Part shown: one piece after another, positions 1-12,705 of the stretch
How the letters are laid out: each line of letters starts with the position of its first letter
How positions within the stretch are numbered: position 1 is the first letter of the stretch
DNA from: Mobula hypostoma
Taxonomy: Eukaryota
Assembly: GCF_963921235.1 (NCBI RefSeq)
Contig: NC_086097.1
Location: forward strand, 154,940,001-155,004,000
Direction: 5' to 3'
DNA: 64,000 nt
Translations under genes and position numbers: made by a program
Notes under the pieces: model-generated
The model's database searches: none
What the model saw: only the letters and a program-made list of their open reading frames with translations
What the model was told of the DNA's origin: nothing

Positions 1-1167
1 TTTAAAATTAGCCTTTGTTGTTGAAGACAGAAGATTTTACTTCTGAAGTAGATAACATTTTTCAGATGTAACCATTGTAAGGCTGAGATCTTCCTGGTTG
101 ATTCTTGGACTACAATGTTTTCTATGACTAGTTTCCTAACGTTGCCTCCCAACCCCCACTTTTTATACAGCTGGGTCACCTAGGATCACATCTTTAACCC
201 ATTTTAGTTAGACCACAGCAAGTTACTCTGTATACCAATACGAGTGGTATTGCAGCAAGGCAATAAAAATAAGCTAGCCCAGTGACCCAACCTGAGAATT
301 AATACAAAAAAAAATTATACAGAGGTAAATCTGGTTAATTCATGAATGGCATGAGAAGTTCTGGCAGATACATCTGTGAATTAGGAACAGATGTCCACCA
401 CAGAACATTTGATGGTCACTCTGCCCTGAAAATGTTGTTAGTTAGAACAGGGTCATGCATAAATCTGTCAACATAAGATAAGAAATCCTGACAAGCCTGG
501 CAGCTGGGTGAGTGGAACACTTCTTACAATACCCTACTGTGCTTCAGATGTGTTCTTGTTTATGCTTTCACACATATATTGTAGAGCCACAATTAAACAT
601 CTGAGCACCTGATAGACTAAGCAGCAGAGTTCATATGGACAGTTATAGTTCAATTAACTGCTATTTTTATCTGTGAGGTAGTGGTTGAGCCAGATGGAGC
701 TGAATGAGTCACATTTATTTCAGGATGACACTGCCTGACCCATAGACCACAGGGAGCCACCGGAGCCAATAACAGCCCTGGTGTGAGTAGTGGCAAGACT
801 GAAAACTGACAGTTAACTGCTTAAAAATCTACAAAAATAATGACATGGGCTAAAGTGCGTTAGTTGTCAGGCTGACAGGGGCAACAGTCAAAGGCAATGC
901 TTATTAGGTTTCAAAATGTATTGTTAAAATGAAGCATGGCACAGATATTTCCACAAGTTTTCCTCAGAACTCATGCCTATTTGGTTTTAAATTGTCATCT
1001 CCCTTGATCTGCCCAAGAGCATAAATAGGAGCAGGAATAGGCCACATCACCTTTCAAGCCTGCTGCTAACTTTCAAAACATTTGGCTGACCTGATCTCAT
1101 TTTCAGCTCCACTTTTCTGTTTATTTAGCAACATACTTGGTTCCCTAATAGTCCATGAAACTTCACT

Positions 1168-1845
1168 GTGGAAGACAATAGCAGTATGCCAGAAATTCCA
1201 GACTGTCAGGAAACAGAAGTGAGCCTAATTGCTATTGCTAATGTAAAGGTGCTTTTTAAACAGAAAGGTCTGAGGATAGACATATCATCAGGATCATATA
1301 GACTACAGCCCATAGTTCTGAAAGAGATAGCTGAAGAAATTGTGGAGACATTAGTAGTGATCTTTCAAGAATCACTAGATTCTGGAATGATTCAAGAAGA
1401 CTGGAAAATCACAAATGTCACCTAACTCTCACAGAAGGCAGGGAGGCAAAAGACAGGAAATTATAGGCCAGTCAGCCTGATTCAGTAGTTGGGAAGTTGC
1501 CAAGGCACTTGGAGGCACATGACAAAATCGGCAGAAGTCAGCATGGTTTCCTCAAGGGGAATTCTTGTCTGACAAATTTGTTTGAATTCTTTGAGGAAAT
1601 AATTGGCAGGAGTTACAAAGGAGAGTCAGTGGATATTGTTTACTTAGATTTTCAGAAGACCTTTGACAATGTGCCACACATGATGCTGTTTAACAAGTTA
1701 AGAGCCCATGGTATAACAAAAAAGATATCAGCATGGACAGGAGATTAGCTGACTGGCAGAAGGCAAGAGTGGGAATAAAGGGTTTTTTTTTTCCAGTTGG
1801 CTTCCAGTGACCAGTGTTGTTCCACAGGATTCAGCATTTAGTCAG
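1168..1845 (+). mobile_element. CR1-clade LINE, decayed ORF2 RT, part 1 (continues at 5502-6177 and 17007-17260)
   Basis: Motifs VLKEIAEEIVE..EDWK.TNVT and QHGFLKGNSCLTNLFEFFEE..VDIVYLDFQK, with stops and frameshifts. Confidence 0.92.
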
Positions 1846-4800
1846 TGTAGAGTATATAATATTTCAGTAATTTTGGAGTAATAATATAAATATACAGTAT
1901 TGTTTGATTAAGTATTCTTTGTTGTTTACATAATTCATAATGGGTTTTATGTTAAAATATGTGAATAGTATATGTCATATGTGAGCACCTTACTAATGAT
2001 GCTGAGATATATCCTAGGTTACACTAGGACACATCATCAGTGATGTAACCTGAGGTCATCGGGTGTTTCAGGTCTTTCAACATCAGACACAGTCGCCCAG
2101 ACAACCCAGCAAGGGTTGATCAGTCCTTGGCTTGTGTCACAGCAGCATTGGTCCATGGGTCACATTTCTTGATCCATAGCCAAATGGAGGCTTGCTCAGC
2201 AGCCTCTGTGATGGCTCTGATGGCACTTTTCTTTGCAGTCCCCATAATACCAAGTAGGTTCTGCACAGCAAGCAGCCAGTAAAACTTCCACACCCCACCT
2301 CTCTTCACTCACATTGTCCCTCCACCTCTGTCTCTGGCACTACTCTACCAGCTCTTGGTATTTAGCTTCCTTTCGTTCAAATGCCTCCTCAATCTGGTCT
2401 TCCCAAGGAACTGACAGTTCTACCATGACCACCTGTTTTCAGGTTTCTGACAGAATGACTATGTCAAGCCTCTGGGACGATGATGCAATGAAGTCAGGGA
2501 ACTTTATTTGCTTGCCAAGGTAGACTATCAGTTGCCAGTCTGACACTGTGGCAAGCAAACCACCTAATGATCTGGACAGAGGTTGCAGTTGTTCTCCAGG
2601 TTTGACGAAGGCAATGGCTTTCTGGGTTGGTGGAGGTACCTACTGTTGTTAATGATTGAGGAGATAGTTTCTGCCACTTGCTTCAGCACCTGGTCAAGGC
2701 ACCAGCAGTAGCAGCCTTCTCCCAGGGTTTAGGCAGCTAAAAATAAGAGGAGTCATGTTATCCTCAGCTCTGTGTTTTTCTTTCGATTAATTTTATGTTT
2801 CAGAGTTCATAAACATAACAGTGGTGACAAGTGAGTTTTAAAACAAACCCAAGATGACCACCGACCTGCTGAAGCACAGCACATTTTTTTCTTTGCAAGG
2901 GGAAAAAGATGTTGAGCTAAAAAAAGACAGAAAATGGATAAAATTCATGGGTTCATAAACAATGGGTACTGGATGATAATAGTGGTAAATAACAAAAATG
3001 CAGAAATGGCTGGCTACATCGGAAAGATAGATGAACTCGATTACACAACAGATAACTGGGTTATGTATATTTGCAATAGCAGATGAGAAATGAGTGCCAG
3101 TTTTGCTGAGTAAAATTGGTGGCAGAGCATAGAGTTTGCTTAGAAGTTTAACTGCTCCTACTAAACCAGCCAAAATTAGCTTTGCACTATGCTCCACTCC
3201 TTCAACTCATTATGATGGATTGGGAATAAATGGCAATAGACAAAGCAGTGTGAGTTGGCTTTCCAAAAGGTAAAGCAAATGGCAATGTCACATACTGTAC
3301 GCACACATTATGATCCACATTGTACAGAAGGGTTTGCTGTGATGTCTTGCCTTATGGTACAGGTGCAGTCATGTCACATTTTATGAGTGATGGTAGTGAA
3401 TGCTTCGTAGTCTTTATATCATGTTCCCTTATTGCTGCAGAGTAAAATTGCACACAAGTTGACAGTGAGGCCTTGAATCTGGTTTGAGGTGCAAAATGTT
3501 TCAACCAGTACTTGTGTGGGGAAGAGTTTTCTCTTGTTACTGATCATCAACCAATATGTCCATTTTCAATGCACAGAAGTGCATTCCACTAACAACAGCA
3601 TCACGAATACAGAGATGGGCTCTGTTTCTTGGAAGACAGAATTACAAGATTGAATTCAAGAGGACTGATCATGAAAATGCTGATGGATTGTCCTGTTTAT
3701 CCTTGGAAAGGGAAATACCTGAAAAATTTATAAAAGAGAACATTCCTCTTGACGTATTCTCCCTAATGCAAAGCTAAAGTTTCCCTATTATGGTAGAGAT
3801 GTTCCAAAGGGAAACCAAAAAGACCCGGCACTGTCTCAGGTCTACAAGGCCACCCAAAATGGATGAAATCTATTGCAGAAATTCCAGTGCCCTCATTTGA
3901 ATCAGCAGTGGGAGGTGCTTGCCCTTGATGCTGGTTGCCCTACTTGGGGATTGAGAGTTGTTCTACCAGACAAGCTGAGAGCTAAATTGCTGGAGGAGCT
4001 ACATGCTGGTCATCTAGGTATGGTCTAGGTATCATCAAAATGAAGCTTTATCTGATGGCCTAGGATAGATTGGCAAATCGAGCAGCTTGCCATGCACCAT
4101 TTGGAATGCTAACAGGTCCAGAAGATACCAAGGGCAGCGTCTCTCCATCCCTGGGAATGGCCTGCATGGTTTGCTAGAGGATTCATGTGTATCTGCTGGA
4201 CCATTCATGGGCATAAATATCTCGGTAGTAGAGAATGTAGCTACAAGGAGGCCAGAGTGTTCCCAATAGCCTCCACTACAGCCTCACACAGTGTCGATGT
4301 GTTGAGAAGCCTCTTCTCAAGGACTGGGGTACCAGAATAATTAGTCAGTGGCAATAGATCAGTTTGTTGCAGAGCTGTTTCAGTCATTCCTGACAATGAG
4401 TGGAATAAGATATAATACATCTGCACCATACCACCCAGCTATAAATGGCTTGGTGGAAAGGTTTGTCCAAAGTCTAAAGAACACAGTGCAAACAATGTCA
4501 GCAAAACACATTACACTGGCACTGAAAAGAAATGCTTCAATTTCCTGCTTGCATATTGTAATGCAGCACACTCCACAACCAACTACACAATAGCTGCTGT
4601 AAGCTGCTCCTGAGTCATCCTTTGTGCTCACCCTTGGATCTCCTTAAACTCAGTCTCAGAGGAGCACGCAGCACAAGCAGCTGAGACAACAGCTGACAGC
4701 TCCTTAAACAAGAAGATTCGATGTTTCACTCCTGGACAAGCAGTCCTGGCAAGGTACTACAGAGGTGATCAAAAGTGGGTACTTGGAAAGATTAAGGTCA

Positions 4801-5501
4801 GAAATAGACCACTCCCTTAAACAGTGGAGATTGTGCCTGGAGTCATCTGGAATTGACACATTGATCAGTTGAGGAGAGCAGAGTCAACTGTGAGAGAAGA
4901 AAGGTGTCCAGAGCTGTCAGAACCACATTCTGCACCACTGCAGTCAATGCCTACAACCACCATGGAGGAGGCCTCAGAACCTGAGATTGTTTCACAGCCA
5001 TAAGTTTCTCCGGCCAAGCTGGGTGATCCCCCTTGCCAGGAAAGACATCCCACAAGAGTAAGAAATCTTCCACAGCAATTAAAATCTTCCACAGCAATTA
5101 AATCTTTAGGCCTGAATGAGACAATTTAAATTTTACTCTGCTGTGGATGTCTATATAGTATATAGTAGACTGTATATATACTGTAGTTATATAATATATA
5201 TATGACTAGAGAGGAATATGTTGCATATTTGAGTTGAGATACATTCTGTATTGTGTTGGAGCTTACAGCTCTGCAGGGAATGTTGTGTATTGAATATTAC
5301 CATAATATTTGAGTAATATTGCTTGATTAAACATTCTTGGTTGTTTACATAGTTCATTATGGATTATATGTAAAAATACATGAATGGCAAACGTCATACA
5401 TGACCACCTCACTAAAAGTAAAATTAAGAGTAGACACATTATCCCTGTCTCTGTGTTTTTCTCTCAATTAGTTTTATGTTTTGGAGTTACAAAACATAAC
5501 A
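1846..5501 (+). mobile_element. Gypsy LTR retrotransposon 1, internally deleted and decayed (5' LTR 1846-2820 split by Hero; 3' LTR 5281-5501)
   Basis: TG...CA LTR pair and PBS-like gtggtgacaag at 2821. Gag N-terminus, RNase H (RIQRWALFL..NADGLS) and integrase (SAPYHPAINGLVERFVQSLK) remnants. 5-bp TSD gtcag/gtctg. Confidence 0.9.
1997..2736 (-). mobile_element. 3' end of a Hero-clade (restriction-like endonuclease) non-LTR retrotransposon
   Basis: Minus-strand reading gives DQVLKQVAE..DWQLIVYLGKQIKFP..VELSVPWEDQIEEAFERKEAKYQELVE..EAAEQASIWLWIKKCDPW. It interrupts the Gypsy-1 5' LTR. Confidence 0.82.
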
Positions 5502-6177
5502 GTCTGCTAGTTTAATGATGCGGATGAGTGAATTGATAATTTTGTGACTAAGTCTGTGGTTGATACAAAGTCAGGCAGAGGGGCAATTAGTGTTGAGGAA
5601 GCAAGGAGTCTGCAGGAGAATTTGGACAGATGAGAAGAATAGACCAAGAATTGACAGTGTAAATGTAGAAAAGTGTATGGTCATACACTTTAGTAGAAGG
5701 AATAATGATGCATAATGTTTTCTGAAGGGTGAACAAATTCAGAAATCAGAGATGCAAATGGCTTTAGGAGTCCTGTTTTAGGTTTTCCTAAAGGTTAACG
5801 TACAAGTTGGGTTGGCAGTAAGGAAGGCAAAGACAATGTTAGCATTCAATTCCAGATGACAGAATATAAAGGCAGGAATGTAATGCCGAGGCTTCTTTAT
5901 AAAGCATTGGTCAAACTGCATTTGGAGTATTGTGAGCAGTTTTGGGTCCCTTATCTAAAACACAATGTGCTGGGATTGGGGAGGGTCCAGGGGAGGATTA
6001 TGAGAATGATCTCAAGAAGACAGGGTTAACATCTGAGTAGCCTTTCGTAGCTCTGGGCCTGTACTCGCTGCATTGTAGAAGAATGAGGGGAGATCTCATT
6101 GAAACTTACTGAAAGGCCTAGCTAGAGTGAACGTGGAGAGAATGTTTCCAATAATTGGAGAGTCTAAGATCAGAAGG
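5502..6177 (+). mobile_element. CR1 LINE part 2
   Basis: Resumes the CR1 RT (degenerate KFADDTK region and LEYCEQFW) directly after the Gypsy-1 3' LTR. Confidence 0.88.
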
Positions 6178-6265
6178 TGTTGTGTTCTTTATATTTATAC
6201 ATACCGTGGGTTAACAATAAGGAATTAGAACTTTTATTTACAGCAACAAAACCAAACCACATTTT

Positions 6266-7574
6266 AAAGTTGCTGGTGAACGCAGCAGGCCAGACAGCAT
6301 CTATAGGAAGAGGTACAGTTGATGTTTCGGGCCGAGACCCTGCGTCAGGACTAACTGAAGGAAGAGTGAGTAAGAGATTTGAAAGTAGGAGGGGTAGGGG
6401 GAGATCCAAAATGATAGGAGAAGACAGGAGGGGGAGGGATGGAGCCAAGAGCTGGACAGGTGATTAGCAAAAAGGATATGAGAGGATCATGGGAGAGGAG
6501 GCCCAGGGAGAAAGACAAGGAGAAGCGGGGGGAAACCCAGAGGACGGGCAAGGGGTATAGTGAGAGGGACAGAGGGAGAAAAAGGAGAGAGAGAAAAAGA
6601 ATGTGTGTATATAAATAAATAACGGATGGGGTACGAGGGGGAGGTGAGGCATTAGCAGAAGTTTGAGAAGTCAATGTCCATGCCATCAGGTTGGAGGCTA
6701 CCCAGACGGAATATAAGGTGTTGTTCCTCCAACCTGAGTGTGGCTTCATCTTTACAGTAGAGCAGGCCGTGGATAGACATATCAGAATGGGAATGGGACG
6801 TGGAATTAAGATGTATGGGAGATCCTGCTTTCTCTGGCGGACAGCGCATAGGTGTTCAGCAAAACGATCTCCCAGTCTGCGTCCGGTCTCGCCAATATAT
6901 AGAAGGCAATATACATCGGGAGCACCAGACGCAGCATATCACCCCAGCCGACTCACAGGTGAAGTGTCGTCTCACCTGGAAGGACTGTCTGGGGCCCTGA
7001 ATGGTGGTAAAGGAGGAAGTGTAAGGGCATGTGTAGCACTTGTTCCACTTACAAGGATAAGTGCTGGGAGGGAGATCAGTGGGGAGGGATGGGGGGGACA
7101 AATGGACAAGGGAGTTGCATAGGGAGCGATCCCTGCGGAATGCGGGGGGGGAGGAGGGAAAGATGTGCTTAGTGGTGGGATCCCATTGGAGGTGGCGGAA
7201 GTTACAGAGAATAATATGTTGGACCCGGAGGCTGGTGAGGTGGTAGATGAGGACAAGGGGAACCCTATTACTACTGGGGTGGCGGGAGGATGGAGTGAGA
7301 GCACATCCTCTCATATCCCTTTTGCCAGTCAACTGTCCAGCTCTTGGCTCCATCCCTCCCCCTCCTGTCTTCTCCTATCATTTTGGATCTCCCCCTCCCC
7401 CCCCACTTTCAAATCTCTTACTAGCTCTTCCTTCAGTTAGTCCTGACGAAGGGTCTTGGCCCAAAACATCGACTGTACCTCTTCCTATAGATGCTGCCTG
7501 GCCTGCTGTGTTCACCAGCAACTTTGATGTGTGTTGCTTGAATTTCCAGCATCTGCAGAATTCCTCGTGTTTGC
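6266..7574 (-). mobile_element. Penelope-like element (PLE): GIY-YIG C-terminus plus pLTR, with an inverted pLTR copy at about 7307-7574
   Basis: RHFTCESAGVICCVWCSRC..YIGETGRRLGDRF..RLEEQHLIFRLGSLQPDGMDIDFSNF read across frameshifts. Inverted terminal copy. 12-bp TSD aaaccacatttt (6254-6265) / aaaccatatttt (7575-7586). Confidence 0.9.
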
Positions 7575-8537
7575 AAACCATATTTTTACCAAGCCATGTT
7601 CCAGATCATTCTATCATTTCTGCTCATGCTCAGAACTCTCTCCAATCACGTTCTGACACATATCACCACATTTTCCTTTCCTTAAAAAGCAATTAGCAAC
7701 ATTAACCAGAACAAATGCATAATTTAACATGTTTCTATCAGTCTATCCGGGGGTTTACAAACACGAGTAAACTTTCTAAATGGTTCACACATTTCTTGTG
7801 TTTCATTGTTACTTCCATGTTTTGTCTGGTCTGCATCAGTTAACTGAAACTCTGAAGTTGGCTCTTTCTTGAGGTCTTTGCGATTTCTTCTTAACACTGC
7901 TCCTTCTTATGTTTGGTCCATGTAGGATCTGGGTTCAACTTCTTCAAGTACTGTAGCTTTCTGTGTTCATGTGTTCATTTTGTCTTGTATCCTTACTTCA
8001 TCTCCTTGATGCAGTTCAGGTAATGGACGAGAACATCCGTCAAAGTATGTTTTTGGCTTTGCTTTGCGTTCATCTTTCCATCTTTTTACTTGTTCACCTT
8101 CCTCTGTTCTCAGAAGGCTCTCATCTATTGGCAGATTGGATCTCAAATGACGTCCCATCAACAGCTGAGCAGGTGAAAATCACATTCAAGTGGAGTACTG
8201 CGATAGGCTGACAAAGCTTTATAAAAATCACCTCCACTATCTTTTGCTTTGTGCATCAGTTTCTTGATAATTCCTACCGACTTCTCAACTAATCCATTGA
8301 ACTGAGGGAAAAATAGACTAGATGTTTTATGAACAAAGCACCATTCGTGAGCAAAATGTCTCATGCACTCACCATTGAATTGTGGACCATTGTCTGTGAA
8401 AACTTCATCAGGTACACCATGTCTGGAAAAAAACTGATTTCATGCATGTAATTACATTCTCTGCAGTTGTTCTGCTCAGACCACATACTTCAGGATACAA
8501 TGAATACTAATCTGTTATTAATAGATATTCTTTGTTG

Positions 8538-9551
8538 TGTCACGGACCCCATGACGGGGATAAAGAAACCAGCAGAAATAGAAACCACTTTAGAGCCTCG
8601 TATTTCTATTAACTACTAATATTTATTAGTAACTACACAATACAGTAATATCAAAGTAAATAAATCAAACAGGTTAGCAATGATTATATATAAAAGTAAG
8701 TATGGAATATATATGTATGAAAAACCAAGCTTCTTTAAGTCTAGGGGTAAAAAGATACAGTCTTACGATGTTGAGTAAAGTTCAGTTCAGTTCAGTTCGT
8801 GGTATTTAGTTGAGTAGTGATGGAGAGAGAGAGAGAGAGAGCGAGTTGAGTCTTCAGGTGAGCTGATGCCGTCGATCTTCTCGTTGTCCTCCAAAATCCT
8901 TTACAAGTCACCGACTGTGACTTTAAGCGGGGGACCAGTTTTCCTGCGGTGGAGCTATCACCCCGGCAAGGGTGGACACCTAGACAACTCCCCATCAGTC
9001 AACCACTTCTCCTACATTGGAATAACAATTTGGATCGATCTGCCTGATCGATCCTCCAAAACCCACTTTCTCTGCGGGCACAACAATGCTCATTCAGTGT
9101 CCAGATCATGCGTCTGAGGTCTGTATCATCTGACCTCCTATTTATCTCACCAGGCTGAGCATCACCTGTCATTCAAAGAGTCTCTCCTTCCTATGTCTGT
9201 AAAAGAAATGCACAAGCAGGCAACAAGTCCTTGAAGAAATATCAACAACCTGCTGAAAATCATAACATCGAGTGTCCATTAAATAATATCGCCTTCGGTC
9301 ACCATAGCAACTTACGAGCTGCTCGGTGCTGTCTCCAACTCCAAACTCAGTAAAAATCCAAAGTTACTTCCAATGCCTTAAAGTGACAGTCCAACCGTTG
9401 ATCTTCGTCTCTCTCTCTCTTTTCAAAAGCAACATATCGGTGGTAAATAACTCTGTCTCTCTCTCCTTTCCAAACAAACCATCAATGATAAATGTCTCTC
9501 TCTCTGTCTCTCTTCAAACAGTTAATAGGGGCACTCCTGGATCCCCTCACA
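8538..9551 (-). mobile_element. Solo LTR (about 1.0 kb) of another LTR family, inserted in the Gypsy-2 integrase
   Basis: TG...CA ends and 4-bp TSD gttg/attg. Minus-strand AATAAA lies about 85 nt from the end. Removing it restores DLFVTDN-KEYLLITD. Confidence 0.8.
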
Positions 9552-11418
9552 ATTGTCAGTTACAAAAAGATCAACGCCTATCTTCTGATAAGGTCTCTGA
9601 GGACTAGGATGTGGATGCGGTGGCTCCTCAGGGTTGCTAGGTTGGTATTTAAGGCATATTTGACAAGAAGACACCAATTCTACAATTTATTGATTCATCC
9701 TGGGCCAAAACATCACTTCCCGCACCCTTTTCTTACATTTTTCAATACCTAGGTGGCCTTCATGAATTTTCCCAAGCATTTATTTTCGGAGACTTTTAGG
9801 AATCACAATTCTGCTACCTTTGTACAATGTCCCATCCACAAAAGAAAGTTCTGATCTGTGGTTCCAATATTCTTGTACTTCTGAGGTACAGTCATGCTTA
9901 TTATCTGGCCCTCTGTCCATCACCACTTGTATTACCCGACTGAGAATTTTGTCCTTCTCTGTCTCAAGATGTAGCAGTTTAAACTTTTCAGTAGCAACAG
10001 GTACAGTCTCTGTGATCATATCAACAAATGCCTGAACATCAACAGCATCCCTGTGAATGTCTTTTGTTGTTGGATCCACAGCTCTGGAAAGTGTATCAGC
10101 CGTGTACATGAATTTTCCAGGTGTGTATGACACATTCAATGCATATCTTTGTAATTTGATCATCATTCGCTGAATTCGCAAAGGACAGTCACTTAAAGGT
10201 TTGCGAAACAGTGCAATCAGAGGCTTGTGATCAGTTTCAACATCAATAGATTGCCCTGACACAAAATGATGAAATCTCCCGCAAGCAAACATAATGCTGA
10301 GCAATTCTTTTTCAATTTGGGCCTACCTTGTTTCTGGATCAGATAATGAACGAGATGCATGGGCCATGGTAGCCATTCCTTATCATGTTTCTGGAGTAAC
10401 ACTGCCCCTAAGCCTGCTTGAGATGCATCACATGAGATTTTGAGGGGCCTCTCAGCATCATAGAATGTCAACGCAAGTTCTTTTGTGAGCACTTTCTTGA
10501 GATTTTGCCATGCCTTCTCCTGGTCATGATTTCAGCCACATTCATTTCTCTTTTCTGTTAGCTGCCCCAATGGAGCAAGCTGTTCCGAAAGATTGGGTAT
10601 GGATTTTCCCATGTAGTTGATCCTTCCCATGAACCTTTGAACATCCTTTTTACATTGCGGTCTTGGCATGTTCTCAATAGCAGAAACCTTCAATGGATCA
10701 GGACACACACCCTCATTGCTGATGATATCACCCTCAAAGGTAAGTTCAGTCATTCCTAGCTGACATTTGCCTTTACTCAACTTCAGGTTTGCCTTGCGTG
10801 TTGCGTCAAAGACTTGTCTGACTCTGGCAGCATGCTCTCGTTTAGATGATCCCCAAACAATAATATTGTCCATGGAAGTATCCACGCCCTCCATGTGCTC
10901 ATATAGCATGTGAATGGTTTTATGGTACACTTCAGGAGCTGATGCAATTCCAAATGGAAGCCTAAGAAAACAGTATCTGGCAAAAGGAGTATTAAAGGTA
11001 CACAACTTTGAACTCCGTTCATCTAGTTTAAGTTGCCAGAATCCAGAAGATGCATCTAATTTACTAAAGTACTTTGCATTAGCAAACAGTGACATAATTT
11101 CTTCATGAGTAGGCAATTTGAAATGCTCTCTCTTAACGGCTCGATTCAAGTCTCTTGGATCTAAGGAAATCCTCAGTTTTCATTAGTCGGTTCATCATTT
11201 TTTTTATGACTCCTAGCCGTTCTATTCTGTCAAGCTCTGTTTTCAGTTGATGACGTAATGCAAAAGATACTTTTCTACATGGATGTACTATGGGTTGCAC
11301 TGTGTTGTCGATTTTAATTTGTGTGCTCTCCTGGAAGACAACCAAGCCCTTTGAACAAGTCTTCATACTCTTTCATCAGGTCACTGTATTCTGACTCTGT
11401 GTCACTGTCCAGGACTAT

Positions 11419-11499
11419 TATTATGATTATGACGACACACAGTCCTCTTTTATTGTCATTTAGTAATGCATGCATTAAGGAATGATAAAATGTTAAAAT
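11419..11499 (-). mobile_element. Very short LINE 3' tail inserted in Gypsy-2 pol
   Basis: AATAAA followed by a (cataat)n-like tail on the minus strand. 6-bp duplication gactat at 11413-11418 and 11500-11505. Confidence 0.7.
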
Positions 11500-12705
11500 G
11501 ACTATAACACTTTTCACCAAATTCAATCCCTCACAGGCAGATAAACCCGGTATTGACTGTACATTCTTTGGCACCACTACAAATGAAAGCATGTGCACAA
11601 TATTTTTGTGTGATACTTCTGCCACACATGTTCCTTTTAACTGGAATGTCTGTACCTGAATACCCAGTCACTTTAATATTTGTCTTCTGTAACTTTAGTC
11701 TTGACTTTAGTGCATTAAACTCATATTCTGCAAGAACATTTACTTGTGCTCCAGTATCAAGTTTAAACAGAATATTGTTTTGGTTCACTTGCAGTGGAAT
11801 AGTCCAGTCATTCTTACTTTGTTTGTTTTCACAAAGCACTTCTATATAAAACTCAAGTTCATTTTCAAGCACTGCATTTACTTGTTTTATTTTCATTCTA
11901 CCTCTGTAACAGCATGAAAAATGATTACTCTTACCACAGGTGTTGCACATTTTCCCACATTCTGGACACTGTTTAGGCCAGTGCGGCCACTCACAGCGAT
12001 CACATGGCTTTTTTATCTCGGATGACGTCTTGCTCTCTGTCGGTTTTGTCGTTACTTTTTTACTTTTTCTAATATTTTCACAGTTCCCCACAGCATCTAC
12101 GTTGTAGTTTTTAATGAAAAGTTCTTTAGCCTGTGACATCACAGTTTCCGAAGCTTTGCAGAGCATCAAAGCTTTTCCCAAGTCTAAATCTTGTTCTCTT
12201 AACAGTCTTTCTCTCAGACCACTATCCCGAATGCCACAAACAGTTCTGTCTTTAATAAGAGAGTCTGTCAATTCTGCAAACTCTCATGTTTTGCTCTGGT
12301 GTCTCAATTCAGTAACATATTGATCAATTGTTTCAGCAGCTCTCTGCGTACATTTGAAAAAGTTATACCGCTCCTACGTCATGTTACTCTTCGGTATACA
12401 AAATGCTTCAAATTTGTCCATTATCGACTTCAAATTTAAATTAACTCCATCTTCAAAAACAAAGTGATTATATACCTCAATTGCATCATCACCTACTATG
12501 TGGAGTAGAAGCGCAGCTTTCGTTTTTTTCCCCATTTTCCATCAGCTTCGATCGCTGATAAATATATTTCAAAACGCTGCTTAAATTTTCTCCAGTTCTC
12601 AGCTAAGTTCCCAGTCAGCTGAAGTGTTGGTTGAGGTTGCAAACCTTCCATTTTTAAAACTGTTAGCAAACACCAAAACAGTTCAAACTCTTTTTCCTTC
12701 GATTA

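Noticed and set aside
670..800. Minus-strand exon-like or antigen-receptor J-like reading (WLPVVYGSGSVILKINV)
   Set aside because: No W/F-G-x-G-T motif, no recombination signal sequence and no convincing donor. It does not match the next expected collagen exon.
2040..2100. Hammerhead-like words (CTGATG...GAAA) in the Hero 3' UTR
   Set aside because: The CUGAnGA box is not complete in the right order and I could not build the required stems.
5062..5104. 19-bp tandem duplication aaatcttccacagcaatta
   Set aside because: Two units only, inside a decayed Gypsy; ordinary slippage.
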